A stretch of 64,000 nucleotides of DNA from Tagaea sp. (lineage in GTDB: Bacteria > Pseudomonadota > Alphaproteobacteria > CACIAM-22H2). Within the stretch, counting starts at the first letter, position 1, and each line of letters opens with the position of its first letter. The stretch lies in assembly GCA_965279525.1 (NCBI GenBank), contig CBDIIB010000003.1, positions 160,001 through 224,000 of the forward strand, in the 5' to 3' direction. The position numbers were made by a program, and so were the translations under genes. The notes under the pieces were generated by a model, which ran no database searches, was not told where the DNA came from, and was given only the letters and a program-made list of their open reading frames with translations. This document shows, piece after piece, positions 29,411 to 38,460 of this stretch.

Positions 29411-29511
29411 AATTTTTCCAGTGACTTAGCCGTCATTTGATCCGCGGAAGGTCTCCGAAGACCAATTCGCGTCGGTGTCCAGGATCTCCGGCAAAAAGGC
29501 GACTCGCGTCG

Positions 29512-30531
29512 ATGACTTCAAGCCATTCGGCCATGGCGACCGAGACCGCTGAAATTCCCCGCGTCCTTGCAGAAATCGTCGCGCGGCGTGCGTCGATTGC
29601 CGAACTGGCCGGTCGCATCGACGTGCGGTCGGCGGCGGTTGCCGTGCTATGCGGGCGCGGGAGCTCGGGGCATGCGGCAACGTACCTGCGTTACCTCATC
29701 GAGACGCGTCTGGGAATCCCCGTATCTTCCGCAGCGCCATCCGTTTCGACCGTGTTCGGCGCCAAGCTCAAACTCACCGGCGCGCTGTTCGTCGTCATAT
29801 CGCAGTCCGGGAAAAGCCCGGACCTGGTTGCGGCGACGAAGGCTGCTCGGGCGGGTGGAGCCCAGACGGTCGCAATCGTCAACGAGGCGGAATCGGCCGT
29901 CGCTATGGCGGCCGAACATGTGCTTGCGTTGCAGGCCGGGCGCGAAAGGTCCGTTGCCGCCACGAAATCGGTTGTCGCGTCGATGTTCGCGGGCGCCGAA
30001 CTGGTTGCCGCTCTTGCCGACGATTCCAAGCTCCAGAGCGCGCTCGCCCGGCTGCCGGATCGGACGACGTCGGGATTGCGTCTCGATTGGGGAAGCGTGA
30101 GCGAAGCGCTGCAGAACGCATCTTGTTTATATACGACATCGCGCGGGTTCGGCCTCGGCCCCGTGCGCGAACTCGCTCTCAAATGTGCCGAGACGCTGAG
30201 ATTGCCGGCACTTGCCTACAGTGCGGCGGAACTGCTCCATGGTCCGCGCGCGGCAGTCACGACCGGCACGCCGGTTCTCGCATTGCGCCTGGACGACGCC
30301 AGTGCAAGCGGGATCGATGCGCTAGCGCGCGATCTCGTCGCTTCCAAGGTTCCGCTGTTCCTTGCCGGCGGACCGGCTTCTGGCCTCCCCTGGATCGGCG
30401 ACGATCATCCGGCAACTGACGCGATCGCGATGCTCGCACCTGCGTATCTGATGATCGAGCGGGCGGCCCGAATGATGGGATACGATCCCGATCGTCCGCC
30501 ACATCTGTCGAAAGTGACCGAAACTCTCTGA
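29512..30531 (+). CDS. SIS domain protein (NagB-II/FrlB-like sugar-phosphate deaminase or deglycase)
   Basis: GRGSSGHAA, ISQSGKSPDL, SVAATKS, ELALKCAE, ELLHGP, PPHLSKVTETL. Confidence 0.9.
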   Translation: MTSSHSAMATETAEIPRVLAEIVARRASIAELAGRIDVRSAAVAVLCGRGSSGHAATYLRYLIETRLGIPVSSAAPSVSTVFGAKLKLTGALFVVISQSGKSPDLVAATKAARAGGAQTVAIVNEAESAVAMAAEHVLALQAGRERSVAATKSVVASMFAGAELVAALADDSKLQSALARLPDRTTSGLRLDWGSVSEALQNASCLYTTSRGFGLGPVRELALKCAETLRLPALAYSAAELLHGPRAAVTTGTPVLALRLDDASASGIDALARDLVASKVPLFLAGGPASGLPWIGDDHPATDAIAMLAPAYLMIERAARMMGYDPDRPPHLSKVTETL

Positions 30532-30540
30532 TTCGGCGTT

Positions 30541-31509
30541 TCAGATCGCGGAAGCGTCACGGACGGAAACGGCACCCGCGACCGACCGGACGTCGACCCG
30601 CGCTTCGAGACGGAGGATGGCCGCACGAGTCGGAACGGTACGCGCACCGCCGACATGCGATACCGCGAACGCGCCACAGGCCGTGGCGCGGGCAAGGCAG
30701 GCAGCAGGCGAAGCGCTGTCGATCCACGCGTCGATGAAACCGGCGGCGAACGCGTCGCCAGCACCCGTCGCATCGACGACGTCGACGGCCAGCGCCGTCG
30801 ACGCGAGCTGCCGAGTGCCATCGGACCAGATCGCCCCCTGCCGGCCCCGCTTCAGAACGACCGTCGGCCCGCTCGTCGCGAGCATCTGGAGGAGCGGTTC
30901 GGGCCGGTCGACCGGCAGTCCCGTCAGGGCGGCGGCCTCGGGCGCGTTGGGAATCAGCAGGTCGACGGCTCGCGCCAGCGCCAATGCACCTGGCAGCCGG
31001 ATCGCGGCGTCGTCCCATGCCACGTCGAGCGAGATCGTGATCCCGCATTCGCGCGCAACGTCGATCAGCCACCGGGCATCAAGAAGCGTGGCGAGTTCGG
31101 CGACGTGCAAGTGCCGAACGCCGCCTTGTCGCAGACGATCTGCGAGACTGTCGGGAACCGCCGGACCCGCACGGTGCGTGACGAAGGATCGGTCGTCGCC
31201 GACCGCGAGCGCCACGGTCAGCTGGGGCCCGCCGTCGAAACGCTGGAGCAGCGAAAGCCCGACTCCCGATTTGCGGAGTTGCGGCTCGAGCGTGCACGAG
31301 ACCGGATCGGTTCCGAGCGACGCGGCGAGCTCGACACTCCGGCCAAGGTTGTGAAGGAACGCCGCCGAAATGAGCGCACCGCCGCCGGGCGTCACGACGA
31401 CGGCGTCCGCATAGTGCTCGCGACCGATCTGCGGCATCGCCTTCAGGCCGGTCATCACGATGTCGGCGTAGAGACGGCCGACGCAGACAATGGCACCCTT
31501 CGTTTTCAC
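30541..31509 (-). CDS. PfkB family carbohydrate kinase
   Basis: PGGGALISA, VLKRGRQGA, DATGAGDAFAAGF; GTG overlaps the upstream stop. Confidence 0.92.
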   Translation of the reverse strand: MKTKGAIVCVGRLYADIVMTGLKAMPQIGREHYADAVVVTPGGGALISAAFLHNLGRSVELAASLGTDPVSCTLEPQLRKSGVGLSLLQRFDGGPQLTVALAVGDDRSFVTHRAGPAVPDSLADRLRQGGVRHLHVAELATLLDARWLIDVARECGITISLDVAWDDAAIRLPGALALARAVDLLIPNAPEAAALTGLPVDRPEPLLQMLATSGPTVVLKRGRQGAIWSDGTRQLASTALAVDVVDATGAGDAFAAGFIDAWIDSASPAACLARATACGAFAVSHVGGARTVPTRAAILRLEARVDVRSVAGAVSVRDASAI

Positions 31510-32582
31510 GCAGTCAATCCATGGCGGATCGCGCGCCCGCCAGCCGTCTCGAACAAATGGAGGTTCGCCGGATCGGCACCGAGCATGACGCGGTCGCCCG
31601 GTCGCGGCAGGACACGGTCCGCGCATTTGGCGACGACTTCGTGCGGGCCCATCTGGCCATAGACGAGCGCGTCGTGTCCCAGCGGCTCGACGACCTTCAC
31701 GACCGCTTCGGCGCGGATCGGGGCCGAAGCGCCGCCGGCGAGGACTCGCAGGTCGTCCGGCCGGACGCCCACGGTGAGTTCGCCCGGAACCTGCTCCGGC
31801 GATGCGAGCGACACGAGACCTTCGATCTCGATGCGGCCGGAGACATTTCGGGCCGAAAACATGTTCATCGATGGCGATCCGATGAATCGCGCAACGAACA
31901 TGTCGACCGGCCGCCTGTAGATCTCGTCGGGCGTACCCGTCTGGAGAATCTCGCCGTCCTTCATGATGACGATACGATCGGCGAGCGTCATCGCCTCGAC
32001 CTGATCATGTGTCACAAACACGATCGTACGACCCAGCGTCTGATGGAGCTTCTTGATCTCGAGACGCATCTGCGCGCGAAGCTGCGCATCGAGATTCGAA
32101 AGAGGCTCATCGAACAGGAACACGGCGGGATCACGGACCATCGCACGGCCGATCGCCACGCGCTGGCGCTGGCCACCGGAAAGCTCCGACGGGCGGCGAT
32201 GCATCAGGTCGGTCAGGCCGAGCTTCCCGGCGATGTCTGCGACACGCCGTTCCTTCTCGACCTCCGGCATTTTCCGCGCGCGCAGGCCGAAGCCGATGTT
32301 CTTGGCGACCGTCATGTGCGGATAGATCGCATAGTTCTGGAAGACCATCGCAATGTCGCGGTCCTTCGGTTCGATACGGTTGACGACGCGCCCGCCGATC
32401 GAGATTTCGCCTTCGGTGACATCTTCCAGTCCGGCGATCATGCGCAGCGTCGTCGACTTGCCGCACCCAGATGGCCCGACAAGCACGACGAATTCGCCGC
32501 TGACGACGGAAAGGTCGATGCCCTTGACGGCTTCCACCTTGCCGTAGCGCTTGACCAGTTTCGTTAGGGTGATTTCGGCCAT
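31506..32582 (-). CDS. carbohydrate ABC transporter ATP-binding protein (MalK/UgpC-like)
   Basis: GPSGCGKST, LSGGQRQR, DEPLSNLDA, VTHDQVEAMTL. Confidence 0.96.
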   Translation of the reverse strand: MAEITLTKLVKRYGKVEAVKGIDLSVVSGEFVVLVGPSGCGKSTTLRMIAGLEDVTEGEISIGGRVVNRIEPKDRDIAMVFQNYAIYPHMTVAKNIGFGLRARKMPEVEKERRVADIAGKLGLTDLMHRRPSELSGGQRQRVAIGRAMVRDPAVFLFDEPLSNLDAQLRAQMRLEIKKLHQTLGRTIVFVTHDQVEAMTLADRIVIMKDGEILQTGTPDEIYRRPVDMFVARFIGSPSMNMFSARNVSGRIEIEGLVSLASPEQVPGELTVGVRPDDLRVLAGGASAPIRAEAVVKVVEPLGHDALVYGQMGPHEVVAKCADRVLPRPGDRVMLGADPANLHLFETAGGRAIRHGLTA

Positions 32583-32592
32583 TCGTCTGTTC

Positions 32593-34101
32593 CTATCCAC
32601 GCGCGACAAGTCGGCCAAAGGCCGCGTCGAGTGCTTCTGCCTGGGTGGTCTCGCGCGTAAGTATCTCGGTGGCTTGCCGCGAGAAAGCGGCAGCCTGCGC
32701 GCGATACCCTGCAAGGGCCTCGCGCATCGGTTCGGGCGCCGGACCGCCGGGGAGTGTGCGCACGGCGACGAAATTCGCGGGCGACACCACCGTGCGGAAG
32801 CGCGCCTCGTCGATTTTAGCAGGGCGTCCGGCGGCATGCCGGAACGCCGTGGCGAACGGCGCATAGCCGGCGGCGGCAAGCGATGAGCCGGCGGCGACGA
32901 CGGCGCGCGCTGTCGTGGCGGCGATTTCGTGCGCTTGCCGGAACGACAGGCCTTCCTCGCGTACGACGCTGTCGGCCAATTCGGTGATTGTGGCGCAGCT
33001 GCGGTCAAGATTGGCCGACACGCGCGCGGCGTCGATCCGCACGGCGCGGATCAGGCCCGCCAGAAGGTCGGTGGCGCGACCGGCATCGACGAAGGCGGCA
33101 TGGCAGGCGGCCTGCACTTCGCCCTCGATGTCGTTCATGTCGGTGAAAGGCGTGTTGTGGACGATCGAGACCGCGGTTTCCGCGCGGCCGGCGGCGAGCG
33201 AGGCGAGAAGGCGCGTGTGCTCGATCGGCACGGGATTGCGCTTCTGCGGCATTATCGACGAGATCTGGACGAAGCCGTCGGGGACGTGGAGTTGGCCGAC
33301 CTCGAACCCGGACCAGTACTGGAAATCCTGCACGATGCGGCCAAGATGCAGCATCGAAAGGCGCAGGGCCGAATAGGGCGCGGTGACGTAATCCGCTGCC
33401 GCGATGCAGCCGTAGCTGTTCTGCCGGATGCGCGCGAAGCCGAGCAGTTCGGCCATGCGGCTGCGGTCGAGCGGGAACCCGGTTGTGGTGATGGCACCAG
33501 CTCCCATCGAACTCTGGTCGACGATGGCCCGCGCGGCGACGAGGCGTTCGATGTCGGCGATGAGTATCTCGATATATGCCGACAGATAATGTCCGAACGT
33601 CGTCGGTTGGGCAGGCTGGCCGTGCGTATAGGCGACGACAAGCGTCCCGACCTCGGCTTCCGCTTTGGTGATCGTCGCATCGAGCAGGGCGCGCATCTTG
33701 GCGAGATGCCCGTCGATCCGTTCTTTCAGCACGATCTTGAAGATCGTGTGGTCGATGTCGTTGCGGCTGCGTCCGATATGCAGGCGGCCGGCGACGTCGG
33801 GATCGAGGCGGTCACGCAGAGCATGCTCGATCAGGAAGAACAGGTCCTCGACTTCGCCGGTATAGGGGATCGACTTCAGGTCGAGTGACTTCTCGATGTC
33901 GGCAAGTGCCTTCGCGATGGCGCTTGCTTGCGCATCCGGCAGGATTCCGGTTTCGTGGAGCATGACGCAATGCGCGCGGTCGATGCGGCGGAAGGCGTCA
34001 ACGAACGTGGACTTCGCCCCCTCGAAGAGAGGCGCCAGAACCGTGTCCTTGAAGACGGGAGCGGGGAACCGGTCGTCTGAACCGGCGAGCGGAGCGGACA
34101 T
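32593..34101 (-). CDS. argininosuccinate lyase-like fumarate-releasing lyase
   Basis: HIGRSRND, AYTHGQPAQP, SSIMPQKRNP signature, FRQAH. Confidence 0.9.
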   Translation of the reverse strand: MSAPLAGSDDRFPAPVFKDTVLAPLFEGAKSTFVDAFRRIDRAHCVMLHETGILPDAQASAIAKALADIEKSLDLKSIPYTGEVEDLFFLIEHALRDRLDPDVAGRLHIGRSRNDIDHTIFKIVLKERIDGHLAKMRALLDATITKAEAEVGTLVVAYTHGQPAQPTTFGHYLSAYIEILIADIERLVAARAIVDQSSMGAGAITTTGFPLDRSRMAELLGFARIRQNSYGCIAAADYVTAPYSALRLSMLHLGRIVQDFQYWSGFEVGQLHVPDGFVQISSIMPQKRNPVPIEHTRLLASLAAGRAETAVSIVHNTPFTDMNDIEGEVQAACHAAFVDAGRATDLLAGLIRAVRIDAARVSANLDRSCATITELADSVVREEGLSFRQAHEIAATTARAVVAAGSSLAAAGYAPFATAFRHAAGRPAKIDEARFRTVVSPANFVAVRTLPGGPAPEPMREALAGYRAQAAAFSRQATEILTRETTQAEALDAAFGRLVARG

Positions 34102-34105
34102 CGGA

Positions 34106-34954
34106 TTATCCTTTCAGCCCGGCGAGGACGACGCCGCGGATGATGTAGCGCTGGAAGATCAGGAAGATGAGAAGCGTGGGGATCGTCGCGAGGCTGGCGC
34201 CGGTCATGATCAGTTCCCAGTCGATCTGCTGTTCGACCGAAAACGTCGTGAGGCCGACCGGGAGCGTGTAGAGCTTCGGCGACGTCGTCACGATCAGCGG
34301 CCAGAGAAAGGCCGTCCAGTTACCGAGGAAGACGAAGATCGCGAGGGCGGAAAGCGCCGGCGTCACGAGCGGCATCGCGATCGTCCACCAGATCGCGAAC
34401 TCGCCCTGGCCATCAATGCGAGCGGCGTCGAGGAAATCGTCGGGGACGGTCTCGAAGAACTGCTTCATCAGGAACGTGCCGAAGGCTGTCATGATGCCTG
34501 GAAACATGATGCCCCATGTCGTGTCGAGCCAGCCGAACGTGGCCGACATCATGTACCAGGGGATCACGAGCATTTCGGTCGGGATCATCAGCGTCGACAG
34601 GATCGCGAGAAAAACGAGATAGCGGCCGCGGAAGTGGAACTTCGCCAGCGTGTAGCCGACGAGACTGTCGAAGAAGACGTTCGACAGCGTCACGACGGTG
34701 GCGATGAAGAGCGAGTTCAGGAACCACCGGGCGAAGCGTCCGTCCTTCAGGACGTGAACATAGTTCTCCAGCGTGGGTTCGCGCGGGATGAGCGTGAGTT
34801 GGTAGACCTCGTGCGGATGCTTGAACGACGTCATCAGCATGTAGAAGACGGGCGTGACCATCAGGACGCCGCCGATTGCCAGAAGCGTCCATGCGATGAT
34901 GCGGCCGGGGCGAAGGTCGGCGAGATGGGCCGGTAGCTGCGGCACGCTGGCCAT
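34106..34954 (-). CDS. carbohydrate ABC transporter permease
   Basis: DAARIDG (EAA loop), WTAFLWPL. Confidence 0.95.
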   Translation of the reverse strand: MASVPQLPAHLADLRPGRIIAWTLLAIGGVLMVTPVFYMLMTSFKHPHEVYQLTLIPREPTLENYVHVLKDGRFARWFLNSLFIATVVTLSNVFFDSLVGYTLAKFHFRGRYLVFLAILSTLMIPTEMLVIPWYMMSATFGWLDTTWGIMFPGIMTAFGTFLMKQFFETVPDDFLDAARIDGQGEFAIWWTIAMPLVTPALSALAIFVFLGNWTAFLWPLIVTTSPKLYTLPVGLTTFSVEQQIDWELIMTGASLATIPTLLIFLIFQRYIIRGVVLAGLKG

Positions 34955-34956
34955 GG

Positions 34957-35850
34957 TCAGCGGTCCTTCATGATGCGGAGCTGGAGCAGGGAGATGGCGA
35001 GCAGTACGACGAACAGAACGACGGTCTGCGCGGCTGCATATCCGAGTTCGTAGGAGCGGAACGCGGTCTGGTAGATCAGCAGCACGAGCGGCTTGGTCGA
35101 ATCCAGCGGACCACCGGGATCGTTCGTCGTCATGTTGTAGACTTGGTCAAAGATTCGCAGGTATCCGATCGACGAGAACACGACGAGGAAGATTACGGTC
35201 GGCCGCATCAGCGGGATCGTGATCTCGCGCAGGATTGTCCAGTCCGACACGCCGTCCATGCGCGCGGCCTCGTAGTAGCTGGTCGGGATCGCGCGCAGGC
35301 CGGCCATGAAGATGATCACCTGGAAGCCGAGCCCGTGCCAGATCGCGGTTGCGAGAATCGACGGCAACGCGTTCGTCGTCGAGGCGAGGAACGCGATCTG
35401 CGGCAGGCCGAGACTGGAGATCGCATTGTTGATCACGCCGATCGGGACGGGTTGGTAGAACCAGCGCCAGACCCATGCCATTGCGGCGGCCGTCGTCAGG
35501 AACGGCAGGAAGTAGAGTGCCCGGATGAGCCCTTGCATGAACCGCACGCGGTCCAGCTGGTAGGCGACGAGGAAAGACAGCACGATCGACAGCGGCGTGC
35601 CGACAATGAGGTAGATGAACGTGTTCGCGAAGACCTTCCAGAATACGGGGTCGTTCGCGAGGCGGACATAATTGTCGAAGCCAACCCAGCGTTGCTCACC
35701 GATCAGACGCCAGGAATGCAGGGAGACGTAGAAGGATTCGAGCGTGGGATAGAAGCGGACGAGGACATAGAACGCGAGCGGAACCGCAAGGAACGTCCAA
35801 GCCCAGACAACCCGCTTCTGTTCGATCGTTCTGTTCGCGTACCAACTCAT
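34957..35850 (-). CDS. carbohydrate ABC transporter permease
   Basis: YEAARMDG, GGPLDST, GYAAA. Confidence 0.95.
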   Translation of the reverse strand: MSWYANRTIEQKRVVWAWTFLAVPLAFYVLVRFYPTLESFYVSLHSWRLIGEQRWVGFDNYVRLANDPVFWKVFANTFIYLIVGTPLSIVLSFLVAYQLDRVRFMQGLIRALYFLPFLTTAAAMAWVWRWFYQPVPIGVINNAISSLGLPQIAFLASTTNALPSILATAIWHGLGFQVIIFMAGLRAIPTSYYEAARMDGVSDWTILREITIPLMRPTVIFLVVFSSIGYLRIFDQVYNMTTNDPGGPLDSTKPLVLLIYQTAFRSYELGYAAAQTVVLFVVLLAISLLQLRIMKDR

Positions 35851-35862
35851 TGCTGACTGGAA

Positions 35863-35890
35863 TGGCCCCGCGGACCGGTCCGCGGGGCCA
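35863..35890. repeat. perfect 28-bp palindrome downstream of the binding-protein gene (probable mRNA stem-loop)
   Basis: TGGCCCCGCGGACCGGTCCGCGGGGCCA. Confidence 0.75.
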
Positions 35891-35896
35891 CCTCCG

Positions 35897-37153
35897 TCAC
35901 TTCTTGTAGAAGCCGTCGAGCAGTTTCTGCTCGGCTTCCGCCATGATCTTCAGCGACACCGCCGGATCCTGGTTCTCGAGAAGGATGCGGCTGACCGCAT
36001 CCATCACCATCTGGCGCTGGGCGGACTCGTCGACGAAACGCGTGGCGTGCGCTTCCTTGAGGCCGGCTACGAACGGGCCGTAGATCGGACTTTCGGTCGC
36101 AGCTTTCGAATTGGCGGCCGCTTCGCGCGCCGGCAGCTCGCCGGTGACGTCGAGCCAGTGCTGCATCGCATCCGGCGTCGTCACGAAGGCGAGGAACTTC
36201 GTCGCGGCGTCGAGTTTGGTGCCCTTCGAGGAAGCCGTGATGCCGTTCACCCAATAAGAACCGTAGTTCGAACGGATTCCGTTATGGCTGGGCAGCGGAG
36301 CGACGACCCACTCGAGGCCCCGGGTACGCTCGAGCGCGCCGATGCGGAAGTTGCCGTCGACCATCAGGCCGGCGCGCTGGGCGCGGAAGGCCGCCTGCGG
36401 CTCGTCCATGAATCCGCGCGCGGTGACCTTGTGGGTGCGGAAGAGATCGACATACCAGGTCAGCGCCTTCAGGCCGGCCTCGGAATTGTACGTGACCTGC
36501 CTGCCGTCGGCCGAATAGGGCGTGCCGCCGAACTGTCGCACGAGCACTTCGCGCCACCAATGCTGGTCCTGCCATTCCACGCCGGCGCCGATGCCGACCT
36601 GCGTGATGTTGCCCGAGGCGTCGCGCTTGGTCATCTTCTTGGCCGCGTCGAGGAGGGCGTCGAGCGTCGCCGGCGGCTTCGCGGGGTCGAGGCCGGCTTC
36701 CTTCATCAGGCGCGTATTGTAGAAGACCGACAGCGACCGTACCGCGGTCGGCAGCGCAAAGTACGCGCCGTCGCGTTTCATTTCGCGGATCATCGGGAAA
36801 AATTCGGATTCGATCTTCGCAGCCGGGAAGGCAGCCGCGGGCAGCGGCTGCAGGATCTTGCTCGCGTGAAAATCGTCGAGCCATCCGTAGAAGAGCTGAA
36901 CCACGTCCGGGCCCTGGCCGGCGGCCATCGCAGCCGAGACCTTCGTGCGGTAGTCGTTGTAGGGAAAATTGACGTGCTTGACCTTGATTGCGGGGTTGGC
37001 GGCCTCGAACCGCTTGATCAGTTCGTCCATCGCGCGAACGCGCGTCTCGAAGGTGTACTGCCAGTACTCGATCTCGACGGGCTGGGCCTTGGCCCCGCCT
37101 GCGAGGCCGACGGCGAGCAGCGCTGCCGCGGCAAGGCTCTTCAGAATCCGCAT
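35897..37153 (-). CDS. sugar ABC transporter extracellular solute-binding protein
   Basis: signal peptide; AGQGPDVVQL, VFYNTRLMKEAGLDP. Confidence 0.93.
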   Translation of the reverse strand: MRILKSLAAAALLAVGLAGGAKAQPVEIEYWQYTFETRVRAMDELIKRFEAANPAIKVKHVNFPYNDYRTKVSAAMAAGQGPDVVQLFYGWLDDFHASKILQPLPAAAFPAAKIESEFFPMIREMKRDGAYFALPTAVRSLSVFYNTRLMKEAGLDPAKPPATLDALLDAAKKMTKRDASGNITQVGIGAGVEWQDQHWWREVLVRQFGGTPYSADGRQVTYNSEAGLKALTWYVDLFRTHKVTARGFMDEPQAAFRAQRAGLMVDGNFRIGALERTRGLEWVVAPLPSHNGIRSNYGSYWVNGITASSKGTKLDAATKFLAFVTTPDAMQHWLDVTGELPAREAAANSKAATESPIYGPFVAGLKEAHATRFVDESAQRQMVMDAVSRILLENQDPAVSLKIMAEAEQKLLDGFYKK

Positions 37154-37302
37154 CCTGATCTCCCTCGTGTTATGCCGGGCGGTTCACGTTGCGCGCCGCG
37201 GCGAATGCCAATGAATTCGCGATTATGAAGCGCATGGGGCCATCGGCAAGTCAATAACCCAAATCTGTTGAATTAATCGAAGGGGCTCCCTAGGCTTGTC
37301 GC

Positions 37303-38460
37303 ATGCGCGATATGCCTTCCAATGTCTACGACACGCGCGAACACAACCGGCGCGTTGTCCTGCAGGCACTTCGCCGGTACGGAACGCTCAGTCGGCCCGA
37401 TCTTGCGCGCCTCACCGGTCTGTCGGCGCAAGGTGTCACGAATATTGCCGACGAATTGCTGCGTGATCGCCTCGTTCGCAACGCCGGGCGGCGTCGCGGC
37501 GGCCGCGGCCAGCCGCCACTCGATCTGGCCATCGATCCGGCCGGTGGCGCCACGATCGGCGTCGAACTGCGGCATGACGCGATGGTCGTGGTGCTGGCCG
37601 ACCTCCAAGGCGTAGCGCTGCGCCAGAAGACGGTACCATTGCCTTCCGCCGATCCGCAGACTGTCGCGCGTGCGCTCCCCAAGGCGATCGGCAGCTTCTT
37701 GGCGCTCGCGGCGTCCAAGGCAGCCGGTCCGATCATCGGCATCGGAATCGTGGCGCCTTGGCCGACTAGAGGCGCATCGGGCGCGCGCCGCAGCACCGAG
37801 CTTCCGGGCTGGGACCACCTTGCGGATCCGAGCGCCTTCCTGACCGGGGCGCTCGGCTACGACGTCGTGATCGAGAACGATGCCGCCGCCGCTGCCCTCG
37901 GCGAGCACCTGATGGGAGCCGGCCGTAGGTATTCGCGCGTGGCCTGCCTCTACATGGGGCGGGGTCTCGGTCTCGGCCTTGTGCTTGACGGGCGCCTCTA
38001 TCGCGGCGCGACCGGGAACGCGGGCGAGATCGGCCATGTCGTCGTCGAGCCTGGCGGGAGGCCATGTTTCTGCGGCCAGCGTGGCTGCCTCGAACGCTAT
38101 GTGTCGCTTGAAGCCGCACTCGCCGATCTCGGCGTGCCGGCACTCGACGCGAAAGTCGATGCGAGCCTGCTGGGGCGCTGGCTCGATGGCGCCGCAATCC
38201 GGCTCGCGGATGCTGTCGTCATGATCGAGAACCTGTTCGATCCCGACACGATCCTCATCGCCGGACTTTCCCTGCAACTGGTCGAGGGGATCGTCGCGCG
38301 GCTTGGCCGCCTGCCGGCATCGTTGGCACCGCGACCCGGTCCGCGTGTCCTGCAGGGCGAGTGCGGACCCTATAGTGCGGCACGCGGAGCTGCATCGTTG
38401 CCACTCTACGGCCGTGAAGCGCCGCATCTGGCGACCCGGGCTGCGATGTCACGCGCATGA
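37303..38460 (+). CDS. ROK family transcriptional regulator
   Basis: HTH SRPDLARLTGLS, IENDAAAAALGE, AGEIGH, CFCGQRGCLE. Confidence 0.93.
   Translation: MRDMPSNVYDTREHNRRVVLQALRRYGTLSRPDLARLTGLSAQGVTNIADELLRDRLVRNAGRRRGGRGQPPLDLAIDPAGGATIGVELRHDAMVVVLADLQGVALRQKTVPLPSADPQTVARALPKAIGSFLALAASKAAGPIIGIGIVAPWPTRGASGARRSTELPGWDHLADPSAFLTGALGYDVVIENDAAAAALGEHLMGAGRRYSRVACLYMGRGLGLGLVLDGRLYRGATGNAGEIGHVVVEPGGRPCFCGQRGCLERYVSLEAALADLGVPALDAKVDASLLGRWLDGAAIRLADAVVMIENLFDPDTILIAGLSLQLVEGIVARLGRLPASLAPRPGPRVLQGECGPYSAARGAASLPLYGREAPHLATRAAMSRA

Noticed and set aside
32593-34101. Housekeeping argH
   Set aside because: It is embedded in a sugar ABC operon, the motif after RSRND is divergent, and no other arg genes are nearby, so the symbol was withheld.
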